Source: Candidatus Bathyarchaeota archaeon
Lineage (GTDB): Archaea; Thermoproteota; Bathyarchaeia; Bathyarchaeales; Bathycorpusculaceae
Assembly (NCBI GenBank): GCA_963833575.1
Contig: CAWHXY010000004.1
Location: 1,122,197 to 1,186,196, forward strand
DNA: 64,000 nucleotides
Reading direction: 5' to 3'
The number at the start of each line of letters is the position of its first letter. Position 1 is the stretch's first letter. Position numbers and translations under genes: made by a program. Below the pieces are notes generated by a model, which was not told the origin of the DNA, did not search any database, and saw only the letters and a program-made list of their open reading frames with translations. This document shows, one piece after another, positions 59,318 to 64,000 of this stretch.

Positions 59318-61048
59318 TTGATTAAGAACAAAATATTTTCAAATCTGCTAATCATTATACTTCTGGTTGGGGCGATTGCCGGAATTTCATTCGCTAAGTT
59401 TGGTTTTCCTTTGAACCATGTAGCTCCCCAATTTGCTAATGCTGCAACTTTAGTTCCTGTTCCAGGTGCAATAATGAACGCTTCCGGAGGCACTGTTGGA
59501 AGCGGATCTGCTGTAGCCGACGCTCAGGGCCAATACAATATAACTAGCTTTCTGGGTTCAGGAAATTATATAGTAACAGTTTCTGCACAGGGTTTCATAG
59601 ACCAGCAAGTTAACAATATAGCTGTGGCTGCCGGATCCCAAACCTCAGATGTTAACATAATCATGAACGTTTCAGGCGGGCTTTCAGGAACAGTAACTGA
59701 TGCAGTATCAGGTTTGCCCGTGTCCCAAGCCATCGTCACTGTCCAAAGCTCCGACGGATCAAGTAGTGAAAACGCTATAACAGATACGAACGGAAACTGG
59801 AATATTACTCAAAACCTCCAAACTGGGACTTATAACATAACAACCCAATGCTTTTCTAGTGCGATAGGGTACATATCTTCAACCAAAAATGGCATTTCTG
59901 TAACTGCTGGATCCATGACTAGCAACCAAAACTTTGCTCTCGACAGATCGGGCGTGATCACTGGTATAGTAACGGATTCAGTTTCACGTGGTGTCCTGTC
60001 TGGCGTATCTGTTCAGGCAGTATATTCTAATGGAACTTATGCGGCGTCTGCGATAACGGATTCTTCCGGGCAATTTGTTATAAATTATAACTTGCCTAAT
60101 GGAACCTATAATTTAATGGAATTATTTGCAATTGAGCAGCATTTGACAAAAACGTTGACGGGCATTTTAGTGACAGCTGGTCAAACAACTACCCAGGATA
60201 TTGCACTTGACCGGTCAGGTGTTGTAACTGGCACTGTAACAAACACAGCGGACGGACAGCCCATTTCAGGGGCATCAGTTATTGCTACTTCTTCTAGTGG
60301 AGCCTTCAGCGTTGCCAGCACCGACTCATCTGGGACTTACATTCTAAACACGAATTTAACGACAGGAAGCTATGCTGTCGAGGCTTCATATGGGTCTTCT
60401 TTTGACGTTAATCCAAGCGTAAGTGTTGTCGCAGGACAAGTAACAACCAACATTGACTTCCAGCTAACAGTTACACCATCAGGAACGATAAGTGGAAAAG
60501 TTACGAATTCAACTGGTCCAATATCCAACGCTTATGTAACTGCTGAAGGTGCCGGCAGCCTTAACTCAAATTTTACAGACAGCAATGGCAACTACATAAT
60601 ATCGACTGCCTTAGGCTCAGGAACTTATACTGTTACCGTTACTGCGACAGGTTATGTTTCGCAACAGCAGACTGGCGTTTCGGTAATAGCAAACCAGGTA
60701 AAACCAAACATTAACTTTGTACTAGCGGCTGCACCTTCCGGAAGCATTTCCGGGCAAATCCTCTCCTCACAAACAACACCTTTCCCAACTCCCACACCAA
60801 TTCCCACCCCAACTCCAACACCTACGGCTTCTCCAACGCCCATTTCAAATCCCACACCTATATCCACCATAGCTCCTACAGCGGCACCAACCACAGCTCC
60901 AACTGCAACTCCAACAACAACGCCTACACCAACTTCTTCGATTCCAGAGTTTCCATCATCAAAACTTTTGTCGCTGCTTATCACCTTAGTTATAGCTGCT
61001 TTAGCAATGCTAACACTAAGAAAACGTAGGTTGAAAAAGCTGAGTTAA
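59318..61048 (+). CDS. Secreted surface protein with about five carboxypeptidase-regulatory-like (CnaB-type) repeats, a Pro/Thr linker and a PEF-CTERM sorting signal
   Basis: Signal peptide, repeated G.ITG.VTD..G.P....TD..G.Y..L..G.Y units, PT repeats and IPEFP-TM-RKRR tail. Confidence 0.85.
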   Translation: MIKNKIFSNLLIIILLVGAIAGISFAKFGFPLNHVAPQFANAATLVPVPGAIMNASGGTVGSGSAVADAQGQYNITSFLGSGNYIVTVSAQGFIDQQVNNIAVAAGSQTSDVNIIMNVSGGLSGTVTDAVSGLPVSQAIVTVQSSDGSSSENAITDTNGNWNITQNLQTGTYNITTQCFSSAIGYISSTKNGISVTAGSMTSNQNFALDRSGVITGIVTDSVSRGVLSGVSVQAVYSNGTYAASAITDSSGQFVINYNLPNGTYNLMELFAIEQHLTKTLTGILVTAGQTTTQDIALDRSGVVTGTVTNTADGQPISGASVIATSSSGAFSVASTDSSGTYILNTNLTTGSYAVEASYGSSFDVNPSVSVVAGQVTTNIDFQLTVTPSGTISGKVTNSTGPISNAYVTAEGAGSLNSNFTDSNGNYIISTALGSGTYTVTVTATGYVSQQQTGVSVIANQVKPNINFVLAAAPSGSISGQILSSQTTPFPTPTPIPTPTPTPTASPTPISNPTPISTIAPTAAPTTAPTATPTTTPTPTSSIPEFPSSKLLSLLITLVIAALAMLTLRKRRLKKLS

Positions 61049-61518
61049 TTTCGATTTGATGAAATCACAATCAATTTTTATTGACAAACAGCTTCGCAAC
61101 TAATATGATTGGTTTCTAAAACTGGTTATTTTTCAAAAAAAATATTTGAAAATTTTAAGAGTCTACTTGAAATTTTTTAGGGAAACTTAAATAGGGTTTG
61201 TTGGTTTGAAAATAGTTTGAACTGGATTATTTTATGGCTTTACTTGAAATTAGGGATTTACTTGTCAAGGTTGAAGGCAAGCTTATGCTTGAAAATTTGA
61301 ATTTCAGCCTTAATGGGTAGGCAAGCAATAGTGAGGTTATTGAAAAAGGATAAAATTAAGCTGAAGATCTTGAGCAACAATTGTATTGAAGATTAAACTT
61401 TTAACAGATAAACTGGCGAATTTCTAAGTGGTCTTTACCTAGTATCATTTAGAGTAAAATATAAGAAACTTGGAAGCGTTGTTTCGTAGATGGAAGAGAT
61501 TTAATGAAAACTCTGTTT

Positions 61519-61806
61519 TCATACAATGCATTCTGAAATTTGTGGGTTTTTGGTTAGTTCGTCAAGAGACTTGTTCAACAATATATTGTCTCCAACTTTA
61601 GCGACTAATGAGATAGGCAAACACACAGTTGAGCTTCTAAATCTTTTCTTGAATCCAAGATCCTCAGATGCAGGTTTGGACAACTTCACATGCAAATGGG
61701 TAACTTGCCAACTGCTAGTATCCATGTCTATTCCATTAACCTCGCCAAGATCAAAACCGCCCGCACAAATAACATACATTCCAGAAATTTTATCAAGACT
61801 GACCAA
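61519..61806 (-). CDS. PRC-barrel domain protein
   Basis: GMYVI...G..LGEV.GI..D...WQV and LPISLVAKVGDNILL. Confidence 0.8.
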   Translation of the reverse strand: MVSLDKISGMYVICAGGFDLGEVNGIDMDTSSWQVTHLHVKLSKPASEDLGFKKRFRSSTVCLPISLVAKVGDNILLNKSLDELTKNPQISECIV

Positions 61807-61928
61807 AACAAATCACCTATTTATCACATTAACAAAATCATAAATATAATTCTTTCTGCAATTCATGAACTGAGTTAGGAAAAATTTAGAGCTCTAGTTA
61901 TGTAGCCTTTAGACATTGGAAAGATTTA

Positions 61929-62055
61929 TGGCGGGCGGGGATGGCATTGAGCCCTCGTTTGAACCCTCGGGTCGTAATGGCGTTGAAGACTGCACTCCTA
62001 GCTTTTGGGTGAAGGAGGCGAAACCGAGAAGCCATCTTGGAGCGTGCGCTCGCCC
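61929..62055. ncRNA. GC-rich structured RNA-like element; on the minus strand a degenerate tRNA(Sec)-like sequence ending GCCA
   Basis: Terminal stem GGGCGGG/CTCGCCC, nested GATGGC/GCCATC and CTCCT/AGGAG stems; minus strand contains CT-TCA-AC and G-CCA. Confidence 0.45.
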
Positions 62056-62296
62056 AAATATCGAGCGCAGCAGATATAACATCTACCTTAAAAAACTACC
62101 TCTTTGGTTAGTTACCCTCTGCTCGCCGTATCTATGATTGACGATGTGGAAAAGAAAAAGAGCGTGCGGATTCTTTCTTGCAGGTTTAACTATTTTTCGC
62201 TACTGAGTCGTGCTTGCACCCGCGCGCATGCACCTTTAGGTTTTTTGAGCAGCTTTGCCATCTGCAGTGACTTGGGTAGGCGAGAACGGTCCAGTA

Positions 62297-62425
62297 TTAA
62301 TTTTTTCTCTTGTTCCATCTGCGGTTACCAGGTGGTCCTATAAGAAAATAACCTATTAACATAAGAGCAATGGTTACAATGATAATTATCACAGCTGTTA
62401 CTTCAGTCGTTACTCTCACCTCCAT
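62297..62425 (-). CDS. Putative single-TM microprotein (42 aa)
   Basis: MEVRVTTEVTAVIIIIVTIALMLIGYFLIGPPGNRRWNKRKN*. Confidence 0.4.
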   Translation of the reverse strand: MEVRVTTEVTAVIIIIVTIALMLIGYFLIGPPGNRRWNKRKN

Positions 62426-62450
62426 TTTTAGTGTCTAAGTCTAAATACTT

Positions 62451-62643
62451 CCACTTAGCGCAGCGTAATTTTTTTCGGTGTTTATTACTTCAACCTGGAA
62501 CTTTTTGGCAATGACGAAAAGTGTGATTCATTAACGACTTTTTCGCCATCCACTTCTATGGCGGCGTATTTTAGAAGAGGGGTCACATTAACAATAATGG
62601 TATGTTTTTCAGTCTCTCCTATTTCAAACTTGGCTTTTGTCAT
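62451..62643 (-). pseudogene. Small beta-rich protein gene, probably frameshifted in an A-run near 62502-62506
   Basis: SD ggagg; MTKAKFEIGETEKHTIIV...; an internal-repeat-like continuation (KFQVEVINTEK) appears in a shifted frame. Confidence 0.4.
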
Positions 62644-62671
62644 TTTTTTGAACCTCCATCCTCTAACTTCG

Positions 62672-63415
62672 CTACTTCCACTTTGTTAGTATTTCCTCCC
62701 TTCGGAAAGTTGCTGTGCTAACATAGAACAGCGCTACATCAACTGCTAAAAGTATACTTGAGATTATAAGCAGGCTGTTTACGTCAAGAGTTATTATGCT
62801 TGTCTCACTGGCAAGGTATATGCCCAAGAGTGGAAAGAGGATAAAAATTCCAAAACTGCTAGCGCTGCGCGCATCATTAACTCGCGATGAAACAACGACG
62901 CTGAACAAAACGCTCATTACAATGGCGACCGGCATCAGAACCAGGAGCAAAGTGGCGATGTTCCAGTTTGGAAAATAATAGTAGCCAAGCGTGTGGTAAG
63001 TAACTCCATCAATGCCTACCATGAAGACTGCTGCAGCAGCATACATTGCTACTAAAGTTGGAATAATTGCGGAAATGGCTTTTCCAAGCAATATTTCTCC
63101 ATCAGTAAGGGGTGTGGCTAGAAGCGGTTCTAGACTTTTCTCCACTTTCTCCCCCACTATACTGTAGGAGGCAATCCCTAAGGGAACGTATGCTGCGCCT
63201 ATAACTAAAAAGAAGGAAAAGGAGTTAAGCAAATTTGGAAGCACACCTGGCGCTGCGAGTCCGTGGCTCCCCCTTACTGCTAAATACTCCAGTATCACCG
63301 GAAACAGAATCGAGATAACTACTGGGAAAATAATAATTGAGTACCAGACGTTTTTTACTCGTCTAAATATTTTGAAGTCCCTTGCTGCTACAATCCAGGC
63401 CTTTGAGAGTCTCAT
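62672..63415 (-). CDS. ABC-2 type exporter permease
   Basis: SIVGEKVEKSLEPLLATPL..EILLGK; six TM helices. Confidence 0.9.
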   Translation of the reverse strand: MRLSKAWIVAARDFKIFRRVKNVWYSIIIFPVVISILFPVILEYLAVRGSHGLAAPGVLPNLLNSFSFFLVIGAAYVPLGIASYSIVGEKVEKSLEPLLATPLTDGEILLGKAISAIIPTLVAMYAAAAVFMVGIDGVTYHTLGYYYFPNWNIATLLLVLMPVAIVMSVLFSVVVSSRVNDARSASSFGIFILFPLLGIYLASETSIITLDVNSLLIISSILLAVDVALFYVSTATFRREEILTKWK

Positions 63416-63417
63416 GT

Positions 63418-64000
63418 TTATTTCCTCACAAGTTTTAGATAGGTATCTTCTAAAGTTGAGCCCACTACATTGATTGATTTGACATGACCGCCCGCCAGCA
63501 CTATAGCTTCTATAACAGGTGAATTTTCGTTGTCTGGGTTTTCCACGTCAAATGTTATCGTGTCGCCGTCGATGGACAGGTTTTTGAGCGGCAGTTTTTT
63601 CAATGCCGCCAAAACGGCATCGTTCACTTTCTGTTCCAATCCTATAACTGTCTTCTTGCCGCTGACGGACCTTTCAAGTTCCTGCGGTGTGCCTATTGCC
63701 CCAAGGCTCGCATTCATTATTGCTACCCTGTCGCAGATTCTCTGGGCCTCGTCGAGGTTGTGGGTGTTCAGGAAGATTGTCTTTTTCTCTTTTTTTAGTT
63801 GAAGGATGAAATCTCGGACTGTTTTTGCAGCCTCAGGATCTAAATTTGCAGTAGGCTCGTCCATGAAAAGTACTTGTGGGTCATGGATGAGGGCGCGGGC
63901 TATGGCGAGTTTTTGTTTCATGCCCTTGGAAAAGGTCGCTGCCAAAACGTTTCTCTTGTCCCAAAGCCCCAGCATTTCAAGAAAACGCTTATTGTTCTCT
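63418..64000 (-). CDS. ABC transporter ATP-binding protein (5' truncated by the window)
   Basis: FSKGMKQK signature, Walker B LFMDEPT and H-loop NTHN. Confidence 0.92.
   Translation of the reverse strand, partial: ENNKRFLEMLGLWDKRNVLAATFSKGMKQKLAIARALIHDPQVLFMDEPTANLDPEAAKTVRDFILQLKKEKKTIFLNTHNLDEAQRICDRVAIMNASLGAIGTPQELERSVSGKKTVIGLEQKVNDAVLAALKKLPLKNLSIDGDTITFDVENPDNENSPVIEAIVLAGGHVKSINVVGSTLEDTYLKLVRK

Noticed and set aside
61936-62000. Fluoride riboswitch-like GATGG start
   Set aside because: The pseudoknot partner and conserved 3' motif are missing, and no suitable downstream gene is present
61965-62030. Hammerhead-like core on the plus strand (GTC..TTGAAGA..GAAAC)
   Set aside because: Stem I cannot form properly, C3 is U and the stem II junction has extra bases

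Overview
Archaeal chromosomal window; gene content and sequence style suggest Bathyarchaeia (TACK), which is an inference. Mostly core genes: carS, radB, Clp1/Nol9-type kinase, XPD, Nth, a psmA-SBDS-exosome-L37Ae operon separated from pcc1 by about 3.3 kb of accessory DNA, the S13-S4-S11-RpoD-L18e-L13-S9-RpoN operon, a split glutamate synthase operon with a divergent AbrB/PhoU regulator, a LonC-like protease, Dph6, two SerA-type dehydrogenases, GlyA, a stand-alone 23S rRNA gene, Pol IV, queT-queC, psmB-aCPSF1, SepF, a DEAD-box helicase/L35Ae/aIF1A cluster with zinc microproteins, a PEF-CTERM surface protein and an ABC exporter. Two tRNAs are present: Glu-CTC with a D-arm intron and Thr-TGT with an atypical T-loop. 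The strongest novelty candidates are non-coding. First, a two-state, SD-sequestering pseudoknot leader upstream of queT-queC that looks like an archaeal preQ0/preQ1 riboswitch. Second, an orphan cloverleaf-like RNA of about 155 nt with its own TATA box. Third, a degenerate tRNA-Sec-like structured element. Apparent CTG and ATT start codons are also present. All RNA structures were folded by eye and no database search was run.
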